Shown: positions 1 through 12,239 of the stretch, piece by piece
Numbering within the stretch: position 1 is the stretch's first letter
Layout of the letters: every line of letters starts with the position of its first letter
Assembly (NCBI GenBank): GCA_009103225.1
Contig: RHPI01002048.1
Span: 1,203,906-1,267,905, forward strand
Source of the DNA: Chlorokybus atmophyticus
Lineage: Eukaryota > Plantae > Mesostigma and Chlorokybus algae
Length of the DNA: 64,000 bases
Direction: 5' to 3'
Notes under the pieces: model-generated
Told to the model about the DNA's origin: nothing
The model's input: the letters and a program-made list of their open reading frames with translations, nothing else
The model's database searches: none
Program-made: the position numbers and the translations under genes

Positions 1-926
1 AGTACAAGCAGAAGGAAGCTTCTATATCGGGCTTGCTGGAGCGCGCTGAGGCAGAAGCCCGGGAGCTGGCCACTGCACAGCAAAGCATGCAGTGTAAGCT
101 TGAAGCCAACGCGGAGCGCATTGCTGAACTGGAGGACTTGCTTCTTGAAAAAACAAAGCAGCTGCAGCGCACTGCGGTACGAGTTAAGAGGACTATTGTT
201 TGTGGAATTCTTGTCTCATGTATGCACAGTGATAAAGTAAATTACGGCACAATGTCTGCTCAAGCGCTTACATCAACTGGCTTGTGCACCAGGATGGCTT
301 GCAGAAGAAGGAAAAAGAACTGCAGGAGCAATCAAGTCAGCTGTCAGCGCAGAAATCACAAGATCAAGAGGTGCTTTCGCAGTTGCGGAAGCAGTTGCAA
401 GATGAGCAACGTGCGGCAGAAAAGGCAAACGCAGCTGCCAAGAAGGCACTAGCAGACAAGGAGGTGCGCTTGCGTCAAGCTGAGCAGTTGCTAGCAGCAT
501 TCACCGCAAAAGTCGGAGAGTTGGAAAATAGCGTAAATACCACTCGAGTGGTGATGGAGCGCTTGCGGACGGAGTCTATCGTTAAAGATCAAGCTACTGC
601 TGCAGCCAACGCCAAAGCATTGCAGGTTCGTCACCAACTTGGCTCAACGACAGCTTACATGCGCACTGTATGCATGGAATGTGATAGTCGTGGTCTCTAA
701 CAGTTGATGTGCCAGCCATAGCAAATGTAACAGAAGTTGCCTCTGTTTGCAGGCAACAGCAGAGATCAATGCTCTGCGTAGCAAGGAGGCAGAGCTGGAA
801 GTGACACTGGAAGAGCTGGAACAGGTTCGAGAAGTGGTGCGGGAAAAAGACAATGCTTTGCAGCTGCAGCGGGAGGTACTGCAGGACATGCTGGCACAAG
901 TGGAGCAACTCGGTGTGACGACATAA
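1..926 (+). CDS. 3' part of a spliced coiled-coil protein gene of unknown function (exons <1-176, 293-625, 753-926)
   Basis: Phase-0 GT..AG introns 177-292 and 626-752 join E/K/Q/L/A-rich frames (LERAEAEARELATAQQ / DGLQKKEKELQEQ / ATAEINALRSKEAELE) ending at TAA 924-926. Confidence 0.6.
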
Positions 927-1457
927 AGCGCGGGTTAGCTCAAAATCTGAGCCACGCCATGCACGTCCCCACGTACAGGTGGCACAGCACAAGGTTGAAC
1001 GCGCCAATGAGGACAGGTTTGCTTGTCTACTGGTGGAGTTGTAACGTATTGCACTAGCTAGCAATAGGGTTAGGGTGCCAGCACATACTCCATTGCCCGT
1101 ACTCATAGCAAGGGTAGCACGCACTACCTGCGTGGCTTGTAACTGTCTTGCAATGCTTACAGGGTCAGGCAGTGTACATGTCAGGAAGTTAATGATTGGA
1201 CAGCTAAGGTCCCTGCCATGCCATCGAGCAATTCCCACTGGCCAGGCGCGACATGTGAAGCATTGCATCACGGCATGCATCATATGAGACGTAGATGCAT
1301 CAGTGGTAGCATCTAAGCGCTGTTGGTCTATCCCACCGCAGACGTGGACATGCTGTTCCAATATGACGTGGTTTGGCTGTGCATTTGTTGTGATGTTTAC
1401 TGGTGCAAAGCAGCAATTGATGTACATGCGACAACAAAGGACAAAGTGCCCTTGTAG

Positions 1458-2330
1458 TTAACCATAGCTAGCAGTCCGATCTTCTTGCATCGGAAGATCC
1501 AATTCCAACGAATCATGGTCAGAATCCCAGTCAATGTCTGTCGGAATTGCAAAGGCGCTTCTGTTCGCTTGTTGCATAGCCAGCATACTGTGCATGGCCC
1601 TTGGGCTGGTGGGAGAAGCCGAAGGGAAGCTTGGTGATGATGCACCCACTGCCTGCTGAACTGTACTCGAGGGTGGCCCAACATCCTCAAACTCAGCCAC
1701 ATCAAGACTTGGCTCTTGCCGCGTGTTGCTATAATTGTTGTGATGCGTTGCAAACTGCGCAGCAATGCGTTGCACCGTTGCGGGCGGCTTGTCGGGAAGA
1801 ACGTCTTGCATCTGCCATGCTGCCGGTGCAGAAGGCAATGCGGCAATAGTGCCCTGTTCTTCTTTTTCACCCTTCTTTCCCCCCATCTTAGAGTTTTTCC
1901 TGGGGGTTTCAGGTGGCGGCAGGCTGACGGCACGTATGGACCGCGAGCCTATCGCAAGGCCTCTGTCTGAGGTGGGCACGCTCCTCGACATCACCTCCTC
2001 AACAGCCACAACGCTTGTGCCTGGGTCCAACCCTTCAATGCCAGTGAAGGGCTTGTCACGTCTGGCGCAACAGAGCCGCCCATTCTTCCTGCAATCAGCA
2101 GAGACAACAGTCCTTGTTGAAGAATTGCGCTTGTCATACATATGGTAGCATAGAAGTTCCACGAAGGAAGCAAGCAAGCGCAGCAGATTAGGGCAGCCCG
2201 CACAAATGCACCAACAGAGCAAGGCGATACATGTAATTGTGTGACCACTCATTCACGCAGCTTACCATGAGTCATACGCAATGTAGACTACCAGTAGGAG
2301 AACGGACATTCCGACAACAACAGAAATAAC
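1458..2330 (-). CDS. Possible spliced gene with a hydrophobic (TM-like) exon and a low-complexity S/P-rich C-terminus
   Basis: Minus-strand exon ~2270-2329 (VVISVVVGMSVLLLVVYIAYDS) lies between CAG| and |GTAAGC; open frame 1458-2252 downstream; no recognisable domain; splice pattern uncertain. Confidence 0.25.
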
Positions 2331-2876
2331 CACCTGCACGCATCCGCAGTGGTCAAACACCTGACCCAACAACACAAAGAATGCAAGCGACACAACGCAG
2401 CCTGCATGGGCGCCAATTGCAAGTCAATGCTTCAAACCACAGTTCAACGTGACAACTCATGGTGGCTGAGCCTATGTATTCAAATGGTAGCGTCATGTAC
2501 CGGAACCACGACGCTGGAGCGCTGCCCTGCTGCCACGACAAGTGGTGGTGGTGGCGAAGTAGCCACAGCCAAAGCACGTTCTGCCGCAGTGCTGGCGTAA
2601 GCCATTGTGAGATGTCCGACAAGGTCTGTCTTTCTGAATTCTCTCACTTACTCGCACTGCATGACGGAGCTAATTAGCATGATGCCGCCGTTCCTGCCGC
2701 CGCCGCCGGTGCCGCCGTCAATGACGGCCGGACTGAGATCACGTGGCGCCTGCTGCACAACTTGTCTCACGTGACCGTGACCGTGACCGAAGACCCGACG
2801 GAGGGGAGTAACTGACGCAGCATTCAATCGTGACGCTCATTGCGCACGGCGCGGGGAGGGAGCCTCCCTCCCTCGC

Positions 2877-2878
<2 letters not shown>

Positions 2879-2928
<50 letters not shown>
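2879..2928. repeat. (GA)25 microsatellite
   Basis: Perfect dinucleotide run. Confidence 0.98.
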
Positions 2929-2933
<5 letters not shown>

Positions 2934-3782
2934 TCTCTTACTATTGTTCATTTGGTTACATATGATTGCGGAAAAGATCATAATAGTACGCGCTTTGCGT
3001 AGGTAACCGTTGTTTGTAAGGCGCGTAAGCTTTATGCATTGGTACTCGTTTACGTGTGCGTAGAGAATGTATGTTATATATGAGCAAGTAACAATCATTT
3101 CGAAGCGAAAGCAATCTCTCGCGAGATATAAAGATGTCAGTTGCATGTGTACAATAAGCGTGATCATGAATGATCAATATGTATACGCCGTCTGGAATTA
3201 AGGGCAAGTACGGCGGCGCTTTCACGTGTATTTTTGTACAATGCTTATCGGATCAATGTCCGTCAAGTATGAGTGCTTGTTTATAACAAAGTGCTACCTC
3301 TATAGAGGTTCCTCGCGCTTATTTAAGATTAAATATGAGTCCCAACGGGGATATACAGCCAATTAAGCCGTATCAAAGCCGTTAACCTAGTGTTAAGGCC
3401 CTAATGTAATGTTACTTATCTGCAACACTGATATCGACATCGAGACATGAGTCTCGATGTCGATATCAGCTGTATGGCGGCACTGCTAAAGCAGCGGCCG
3501 CCATAGCCAGGGAATCCTTTGCTCCGGCAGTTGCCCCTCGCGGCGGCGGTGTCAACGGCCTGGCTTGAGGCGGTGTTGGGGTAGGGGAGTAGGGGGGGCT
3601 TTGGCACCCCTCCTTTACATTGGGACCGGAGTACGTGCGGCGAGGGGCCTGTGGGAGGGGCGGCGGCAGGCGGCAAACGGCAAACGGCAGGCGGTAGCAA
3701 CTGCAGCGGCAGCGGCGGCGGCAACTAGTGGTAATCAATTGGATAGTTGTGAATGTAACCAGCGATGCTGCTGGTGCTTAAC

Positions 3783-3890
3783 TTGCCTAGCCTAGTTTGC
3801 TTTGCCTTGCCTTGCCTTGCCTAGCCTAGCCTACCTTGCTTTGCTTTGCCTAACCTAGCCTAGCTTGCCTTGCCCTGCCTAGCCTAGTTT
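3783..3890. repeat. Pentamer microsatellite (CCTTG/CCTAG)n in the chromovirus A leader; homologue (AGGCA/AGGCT)n at ~44320-44390 in element F
   Basis: Direct inspection. Confidence 0.85.
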
Positions 3891-4413
3891 GCTGTTAGGG
3901 GAGGCGGCCACTCAGGCAGTTTAACCCCCCAAGTAGTGCATCTCAGCACATCACCTAGTGAATAACATATTTTGCTTCACTTGTGTGTGCTTGCCACCAC
4001 GTGGATATGTGGTGGTGAAGGGTTATATATCTTTAAAGTAATACAAATCCCTTGGGGGCAGTTTGGTGGCAACATCGGCTGTTCCAACCGCCAGTAAGTG
4101 CGGTGAGGCTGCCAGAGTCATTCTGAGCGGCCGATATTCAATGCACGACTCACAACTAGTTGATTGGCTTACAAGGTCGATCTGACGAGATCTTGGCACC
4201 CCGTGTGTAAATTACAATTGTGAGTTGAACTGGGTTGTACACAATGAAAACTTTGAGCAGCCATAGGTCGTGAACCGTCGCATGGATTCGTGTGCGGTTT
4301 GTTGCAAAGTAAGCGTGTAGTTGAGAGGTGTGTGGAGAGCTCTTGTTTGGGTTGTATACCCCTTGTTAACCCCTCAACACTGGACGAGACAAAATCACTA
4401 GCATTTACCAATC

Positions 4414-5935
4414 TTGCAATGCACAATCCGTGTATTCGTGCACTTGCTAACGCGAATCCTTGAGTCGATGGCTGACCAAGGAGAGGGAGGTGACAAGTAC
4501 TTCGCCGTCCCGGTCTCATCGTCATCATACGAACCATTGAGTGATGACAAAGTGAGAGACTCGGATACGAGTGAGAGCTACAAACTCACTGGTAGTGACA
4601 AGGAGGAAGCTGAGCAGGATAGCGAAGCTTCTCCCAACCAGTCTACTCAAAGTGGACCAGCTACAAGGGACACACAGAGTGTCATTGGCGGGGCCATTGA
4701 GAGTTATGCCTCAGAGCGCAAGGCTCTACTCGCTGCCCACCCTCACCTTCGTCAGGAAACGTGGGATGCCTGGGCGCAGAAAATTCGTGATGGGTATGAG
4801 ACAAACTTTGCTACACTCCCTCGCGCAAGCAAGGAGATGGTGATCCGCATGCTTCAGCACGAGTTGACGAACAACATCCCGCCACTCGTACGAGGTGATC
4901 CAAGAGTGGCTGCTTTTATGACCATATATGATAAGCCACTTCCATATGAAGGGAAGCGCATGGCGTCTGAGGCTTTGGCCAACTTGGTTGTAGAAACCCT
5001 CACAGCGTTGCAAGGTAGATACTTAACCTGGGACCTGACTTGGACAACTAGTTGACAGCTCAAGTGAAGTTGGCGGCACGCCTCGATGATATGCAATCTG
5101 AGTTGGTGGCGCTGCGCCAACAGGTGGTGGGTGCTACTTTAGCAGCTGGTGCATCAGCGGGGCTGCGAATTACAGCGCTGAACAAACCAAAGAAGTTCAA
5201 GCCCAACGGCAGTGTCAGCCTCCATAGCTGGGTGGTCACTGTTGAGCACTACTTGACAGCACTTAAGTGCCGAGTTGGTGAGCATATTATTGTTGCTGAG
5301 TTGCTCATGCCCTCTGACGCTCTCGCCGAGTGGGCGAGGCAAGTAGAGGAGGTGCGGCCAAGAAAGTGGAAGCGCTAATTGAATTCCTTGTGGAGCGCTA
5401 TGGTGGCATGGATCCCGCTATTCAGGCTCGCAACAAGCTCAACAACTTGCGACAGAATGGCCAGGCGGCTTCAATCTATCTGCAGGAGTTTCAAGCATTG
5501 ATGGGTCGCATGAACAATGGCCTCATGCCCATGGACAAGGCTGAGCAGTTTTATACAAGCGCGGCTTGGATGGGCGTGTACGCGATCAACTGCAATACAA
5601 CACGGCAACGGGACTTCCGTTGATTTCTGAGAACTTGGCCAACCTGCAGAAGTTGAGCGTGTATCTGTACAGTGATGACACAGTGCAGGAGAAGACACAT
5701 GTGGCAACTGTGGCTAAGAAGCAGGGGGTGGGAGGAAATTGTTACCCTTAGCCGAGTTCGCACACGGCAAGAAAGGCGAAGACATTCACGCCTTATACTG
5801 GTGGCACATCTGCAGGTGCTGCACCTGCTGCGGCTCACACTTGTTGCGTCTGTCATCAGTCGGGCCACACGGCAAAGAAGTGCCCTACTAAAGCGAAGGG
5901 CAAGGCCAAGGAGGTTGATTAGGATTACGCCGTAA
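4414..5935 (+). pseudogene. gag: gag of chromovirus A (frameshifts and stops), CCHC knuckle near 5850
   Basis: ALNKPKKF..SWVVTVEHYL and RNKLNNLRQNG..YLQEF retrotransposon-gag motifs; C-x2-C-x4-H knuckle (tgttgcgtctgtcatcagtcgggccac); homologous to element F gag. Confidence 0.8.
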
Positions 5936-6185
5936 CCGGTGTAGAGATTGTTGAAAGCCAGTTGCTTGAGATGCATGCAGCAAACTGGTTTGTTGATCTG
6001 TCCCAAGTGCATGTAATAACACACGTATGGCAAGCACATGATAAGTTGCCACTTTTTTAAGTTGGAAAAGTGGAAGAGAATGCTTGTTTGCTGGTACATG
6101 TGGAATTCAACATGCTGACCGATGTGTTGCATGCATTGACTGAGTTGTTTTTTTTTGTGCAAAGAAGCACAACGCTTTGAGTTAG

Positions 6186-8640
6186 GTGGTAATGGTGCCA
6201 AAATATCATGGCCTATGGTTCGAGCATACTCTGGGGGGTAATGTGCTAAAGCAATGTAGCAAGCGTGAAGCAGGGACAGTACGATTGTCGGCGTTATTAA
6301 GTACCCCTCGCGTTAGTCATAGACTCTTGGCTACATTTCAAGGACGGGTGGTACCCCTGTTGTGGACATTCAGTGGCACAATGCAGGGTGTAAACAGTTC
6401 TTTCTTGAGTGACATTGGTGCAACACACAACTTTGTTGAGGAACAATGGGTTGTGCGAAGAAGATAGCGTGTAAACCCTCAGCATTTTTGGCTGCCGGTG
6501 CGGGGGGTGCGTTGCCAGTTAAAGGGGAGATAAAAATGAAAGTAAAAATCGGTAATTATCATGCCACTCTTACTTTCATAGTGGTATCCATCAACATATC
6601 AGGTGTTGATGTGGTATTAGGACAAGAATGGCAGGAAAATGTTAAAATGACATTTGATGCAGGCGCACGCTTGTGCACAGTAAAGAAAGATCGTAAGCGA
6701 GTAACATTGTCTGTAAAAGGGTCACATAGCTTAGAGCACAAGCAGCCCGACCCTGCGTTACTCACTGCACTGCAAGTGAACCTTTAACGCTTTGAAGTGA
6801 AACTTTGAAGCTTTGACTTCGGCTCCAGTCCGAACTGGGACAAGCACTTCACTGTGGTTAGCGATGCGTCCACCCTTGGGTGTGGTGCAGTACTGTTGCA
6901 AGATGGCAGACCGTGTGCTTATGAGACTAGCAAGTTCATCTCGGCACAAGTGAACTACACTACCACTGAATAGGAGTTGCTTGGCATAGTACATGCTCTA
7001 AAACATGGCGATGTTACATGAAGGGGGTTCCGTTTACAGTGGTGACTGATAATAATCCATTAGTGTACTTCTCAACACAGCAAAACTTGTCACGTAAGCA
7101 AATTCGCTGGAATGAGTTTTAATCCCGGTTTACTTCAGAGTGGGTATACCGGCCAGGCAAAAGCAATGTTGTTGATCCTTTAAGTCGCCGTCCGTCATGG
7201 TTGGCACTTATGCGTGCGCAATTGCTTGCAAAGCGCGGTACATTGTATCCAAACGATAAAGTTGTGCAAGCTGTTGTGCAAGGTGTTGCGCAAGAGCTTG
7301 ACAAACGACATTTTGTATTACGTGGGCACCAGTTTGGTGATACCTAACCATGTCGAATTGCGTGCGAAATGCATAGCTGACGTACACAATCCACTATACT
7401 CTGGGCACTTTCGCAAGACTGTCAAGGCAGCGCAACAGTTGTATTGGTGGCCATCGTTGCCTGTTGACGTAAAGCATTATGTGGACATGTGTGACAAATG
7501 TCACCATGACAAGCCACTGCGTCAGAAACCCGCTGGGTTGCTGCGACCATTGCCTGTTGCTGATGGCAAATGGGAAAGTGTGAGTATGGGCCTAATTACT
7601 GAGCTCCCAGAAACAGCATTAAGTCACGCTGCGGTTGCAATTTTTGTGCACCGTTTAACTAAAATAGTTCACATTGTCCCTTGTCGCACGAAAATAGGCT
7701 CTCATGAGTTAGCGATAGTTTTTGTCGCGTCTGTGGTTAAGTTGCATGGCTTGCCCCGCAATTTTGTCTGTTCGCGATCCGCGATTTGTGGCTCGTTTCT
7801 GGAAGTCGCTATGTTGCTTCTTACAGATTTAACGGAATTCGAGCACAGCTTATCATCCGCAGACGGATGGTCAGACCAAACGCGCCAATCGAGTGATTGA
7901 GGAAACCATTCGGCATTATGTGAATCCGAACCAAAGTGATTGGGATGTCTATCTTGCAATGGCTGAGTTCGCGATCAATAGTGCATGGCAAGAGAGAGTG
8001 AAGGACTCCGTTTTTCTTGAATCACGGAGTGCATCCACTAAGTCCCACACATATCAAGTTGCCCGCTACTGGCATACTCACGTACCTGCAGCGCCCAAAA
8101 TGGCTTCGGCCATGCAAGATAGCTTAGCATTGGCAAAACACTGTTTGCACGCAGCGCGAAGACAGACAAAAAGCCCAAGCTGATGCGCATCGTCGAGAGG
8201 CCAACTACGATGTGGGTTGTTCGGTGCTTCTGAACACCAAAAACATATCCATCAAGGGAGTGGGTACCCGCAGTTTTTCCCGCATTGGATAGGCCCTTTC
8301 AAAGTGGCTGATTGGGTCGGCACTTACGCGTATCGTTTGGACTTATTAAAGTCAATACGCATTCACAATGTGTTTCATGTGAGTGTATTTAAACCGTACC
8401 GTTCTGATGGTCGAGTTCAACCTCCTCCACCCCCCATTGCAGTGAATGGCGATGATACTCTTGAGTATAAGGTTGAAGCAATCTTGAGTCACCATAAGCC
8501 TCGACGCGGACGCGCGCCGTCTTACTTGGTGAAATGAAAAGGCTATGGTGTTGAGCACAACACGTGAGAGCCCGAAAGAAATCTTACCAGCTGCCAACAG
8601 ATTCTTCGGGGGTATTGCAGTGCTGTGTCCATACGCGGAC
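6186..8640 (+). pseudogene. pol: pol of chromovirus A: aspartic protease, [RT missing], RNase H, integrase, chromodomain
   Basis: FLSDIGATHNFV protease site; VVSDASTLGCGAVLLQDG RNase H; HNPLYSGH..CDKC zinc-binding and core integrase; EYKVEAILSH..YLVK*KGYG chromodomain. Confidence 0.85.
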
Positions 8641-8918
8641 AATAAAAGGGTGCTGGCAGACATCTTTACCGTTTCGGCTCTGTTTTTCTCACTGCTTTGG
8701 TTTTCAGTGCTCATGTTGGGACTTTGCTAACCCTTCAATGACGACATTAAAACCCAAGCGGGGGGGGGGGGCATGTAACGGAGTGCTCCTAAATAACCTC
8801 TATAGAGGTTTCCCGCCCTTATTAAGGATGAATAAGGTCCTAAAAGGTATATACAACTAATTAAGCCGTATTTGGGCCGTTAACCTAGTGTTAAGGCCCT
8901 AATGTAGTGTTACTTATC

Positions 8919-11737
8919 GGTCGTGCCTGCCATGGTCGCGGATTACGCCGTCTCGGGCACACTGCAGACGACCGCCCATGCCGTGGGCATGCTGGTGCTA
9001 AGCGCAGCATTAGAGCAACACAAACAAAGACAACCCCCCAGACATAGGCGTAGTCTCGGGGATGAACTTATGTGAGGATCCAATCAGTTGAAGAGCTGGT
9101 GACACTCTCCTTCTTACTGTACCTACTGTGCTTTAGTACACACAATCAACAAGCCACCCCCATTGAGAATCTGGGGTAGCCTCTTGCTCCAGAACTTATC
9201 TTCTACCGACTGTGTGGGGGATCGTTAATGCGGCAGTCATCACACCAATACTCCCACAGCGGCACCTTGTCTAATGGAGGGTCATGATAGTAATTGTGCA
9301 TGCCTTGGTTGCAGCCTTCGCATAACAACATCACCGGGTTGTCGTCGGCACTGCCACATTTCTCGCAGCGGGTGCTGCGCAGCGGGCGCGGGTGCTGGAT
9401 CTTGCCGAAGCCAGCAACGTGGGGAAGATGACATGGCGCGCAGTTCACCATGTAGTCCTTTATGCGCTCGCCTTGTTGTCAGAAGGTCCTACCCATGTGG
9501 GATACACCTTCAATACCTTATAGGCAGCGCGCCCGACGGAGGTGTCGAGGGTGTCGTGTGTGGTCGCCATGCGGTAGATGAAGTCTCCTGGCTGCAAGCG
9601 GCGTTCTCGCTCCTTGTAGAAACCGCTGCGCACACGCATGTAACGAAGCGTGTCGCGGTGCTGAGCGATGCGCAAGTTGTTGAAGGCCATGGGGACAGTG
9701 TGCTCTGACAGTGCGATGCGCACTGTCAGATCATACAGCATCTCGTCGGGGTTGGCGAGGTTGTCCACCACTCTGTCGACCTCTTGCTATGCGCGAAAAC
9801 GGAGCAACAGCCGCCTTTCAAACAGCAAACAGTATGGGCTGTACTCCTACAGTGCTACCTGCTTGGACAGCCGGTACCCCAGTGCTACCCATGGGAGGTG
9901 GTCATCCCATGTGCTCTTCTCATAGTCGAGGACGTACTTGCGCAAAGCCTTCTTGATAGTCTGCACGGTACGCTCAACAAGACCATGGGCTTGTGGATGG
10001 TCGCGTGAAGTATGGCGATGGTCGATGAAGCATCTACCTACGAGCTTGTTGAAGGCTCCTCTAAACTTCGTACCTTGGTCGGTGATAACTTCAGCACAGC
10101 TGCCGAAGCGTCTGAGTACATGGGAGAGGAAAGCCTGGGCTACTCCCTCGCTGCTCTTGTCGGGCAGGGGCATTAGCTCCACCCACTTGGAGAAGTGCTC
10201 GGTCATAGCGAGGATGTAGCGGTTGCCTCGTCCTGAGGGCGATAAGTCCCCGAGGATGTCTGGTCCTCAGCGATAGAACAGTCCTGAGATGGGGAGGGGA
10301 TGCAAAGTGGCGTTGCGTGTGTTGAGGCTCGCGCGGACCATGTCACACTGCTGGCAGTCGCTGACGAACTCGCGCACCTGTTTGTGCACCCCATACCACC
10401 AGTACTGAGTCTTGACCAGACGGGCCGTGCGCTTGACATCGAAGTGTCCGAGCTCGGTGTGAAGGGCAGCGATGATGCCTTCTCGCGCAGCTGGTGTTGG
10501 GACCTCCTTGTCCTCACTCTACATCCGTTGATACAACTTGTTGTCGGCCTAGCGATAGCGCTGAGTGCGCTAACCGACGCGGTCCCCCTCTCGCGCGCGC
10601 TCATGCCTGCTGAAAATTGTCCAGTCCGGAGCAGTGCGAGGGATGGCTTGTCAAGCCAGATGTCTTGTCGTGTGTTGGTGGGTGCCAACTCCTCATAATC
10701 CACCGCAGGGTCGGCGGCGAGCGTTTTCTCTGATAAGGGGACGGTGACGGTGGGCCCGAGAGAAGGTACGTCCTCGTCTGCTGCTGCCTCAATAACCTGG
10801 GTCTTGCGTCCTGAATGTAGCGCAGCGACAGCAAACACTGGCCGCTACACCTCGAGGTGCGGCTGCAGGACCCAACTCGTGTCGGGCTCCTGTCGCATCG
10901 TTGGTGTTGAGGTGGGGGGTGCAACTAAGGCCGTCTGCGTTTTGGTTGAACAGGCCTGCCCGATGCTCCACCTCAAAGGTATACTCCTGCAATGGTATTG
11001 CCCACCGTGCCAGCTTGCCTGTTAGGTGCTGGTTGGTTACCAGCCACTTCAGTGGTTGTAGTCGATGATCACTTAGAACTGCCTTCCAAACAGAAAGGGG
11101 CGAAAGAAGGAGATGCCCATACTGCGGCAAGACACTCCCCCTCGTAGCTGCTTTAGTTGGCTTTAGCGATGTTGTTGCTGCGGCTGGCACGACACTACGC
11201 GCTCCAGCTTGTTTTCATCGTGCTGCACGAGCACTGCTCCCATGCCAAGCTTGCTCCAATCTGTGTGCAGGACGAATAACTTGTCGTAGTCAGGTCGCCG
11301 AAGAATGGGAGCTGTGATGAGTTGGAGCTTCAGCTCCTCGAAGGCCTTTGGTTGTGCCTCCGTCCACAGGAACTCCGTGTCCTTCCTCAGCAGCTCGTCG
11401 AGTGGCTGCGGGATCTTCGCGAAGTCCTTGACAAACCGTCTGTAGTAGTTGGCAAGGCCGAGGAAAGCACGCAGTCGCGTGAGATTTGTGGGGGCAGGGA
11501 TGGCCACCAGTGCCTTCACCTTGGCCTGCTGTACATACACACCGTGGGGCACAATCATGTGCCCTACGTAGGGTACCTTGTGGGTAAAGAAGGTGCACTT
11601 GTCGGGGCGCATTGTCATCCCTACTTCCTTCAGTCTCTGTAGCACCTCCTCGATGTGCCTGAGATGCTCCTCGTTGCTGCGATTGACGATGAGGATGTCG
11701 TCGATATAGCAGCGTGCGAAGTCGAATCCCTTGAGAG
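8919..11737 (-). mobile_element. 3' half of Ty3/Gypsy element G: RT end, RNase H, integrase, C-terminal PHD finger, PPT, partial 3' LTR (8919-9032)
   Basis: RCYIDDIL RT motif ~11690-11716; FVLHTDWSKLGMGAVL RNase H; DIWLD linker; integrase core (TEHFSKWVE..TDQG..GLVERTVQ); PPT GGGGGG 9034-9039 followed by TGTC. Confidence 0.9.
9203..9451 (-). CDS. PHD finger (C4HC3-type, slightly degenerate) at the end of element G pol
   Basis: CEKCGSADDNPVMLLCEGCNQGMHNYYHDPPLDKVPLWEYWCDDC. Confidence 0.85.
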   Translation of the reverse strand: MVNCAPCHLPHVAGFGKIQHPRPLRSTRCEKCGSADDNPVMLLCEGCNQGMHNYYHDPPLDKVPLWEYWCDDCRINDPPHSR

Positions 11738-11840
11738 CGGGTGTTGGCTCGAGGGGGCACGTGCCTGGCGGTGGCGGCGGCGGCAGGGCGAGGAGGAGAG
11801 GCAGTTCGCGGTGAGGGGGGGGGGGGGGGGGGGGGGGGGG

Positions 11841-12105
11841 NNNNNNNNNNNNNNNNNNNNNNNNNNNNNNNNNNNNNNNNNNNNNNNNNNNNNNNNNNNN
11901 NNNNNNNNNNNNNNNNNNNNNNNNNNNNNNNNNNNNNNNNNNNNNNNNNNNNNNNNNNNNNNNNNNNNNNNNNNNNNNNNNNNNNNNNNNNNNNNNNNNN
12001 NNNNNNNNNNNNNNNNNNNNNNNNNNNNNNNNNNNNNNNNNNNNNNNNNNNNNNNNNNNNNNNNNNNNNNNNNNNNNNNNNNNNNNNNNNNNNNNNNNNN
12101 NNNNN
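11841..12105. other. Assembly gap (N run) preceded by poly-G; second gap at 26009-26086
   Basis: N characters. Confidence 1.
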
Positions 12106-12239
12106 GGGGGGCAGGTTCACCATGGGCTAAGTAGCTGGCCATGGCTCCCGCTGCGGGGATGAACATCGGGGGGGACATGTATCTTTCTCGCGGTGTGGCC
12201 TAGATTATTTCTGGCTGCCAGGCTGACCGCCTGGCTCGG

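Larger units (their letters stand above)
3282..8918 (+). mobile_element. Ty3/Gypsy chromovirus A, degenerate, RT domain deleted; 5' LTR 3282-3619, truncated 3' LTR 8774-8918
   Basis: The two LTRs share sequence (..ccgttaacctagtgttaaggccctaatgta..); degenerate tRNA-iMet PBS TGGGACCGGAG 3621-3631; poly-G PPT before 8774; gag with CCHC, protease, RNase H, integrase and chromodomain remnants. Confidence 0.9.

Noticed and set aside
594-1427. 277-aa minus-strand ORF, and similar long antisense ORFs (e.g. 37904-38473, 41328-41897, 11290-12178)
   Set aside because: Shadows of opposite-strand coding sequence or frames running through N gaps; no domain signature
11817-11840. Long poly-G tracts (also 25983-26008) as G-quadruplex elements
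   Set aside because: Both run directly into N gaps, typical of sequencing or assembly artefacts; true length unknown
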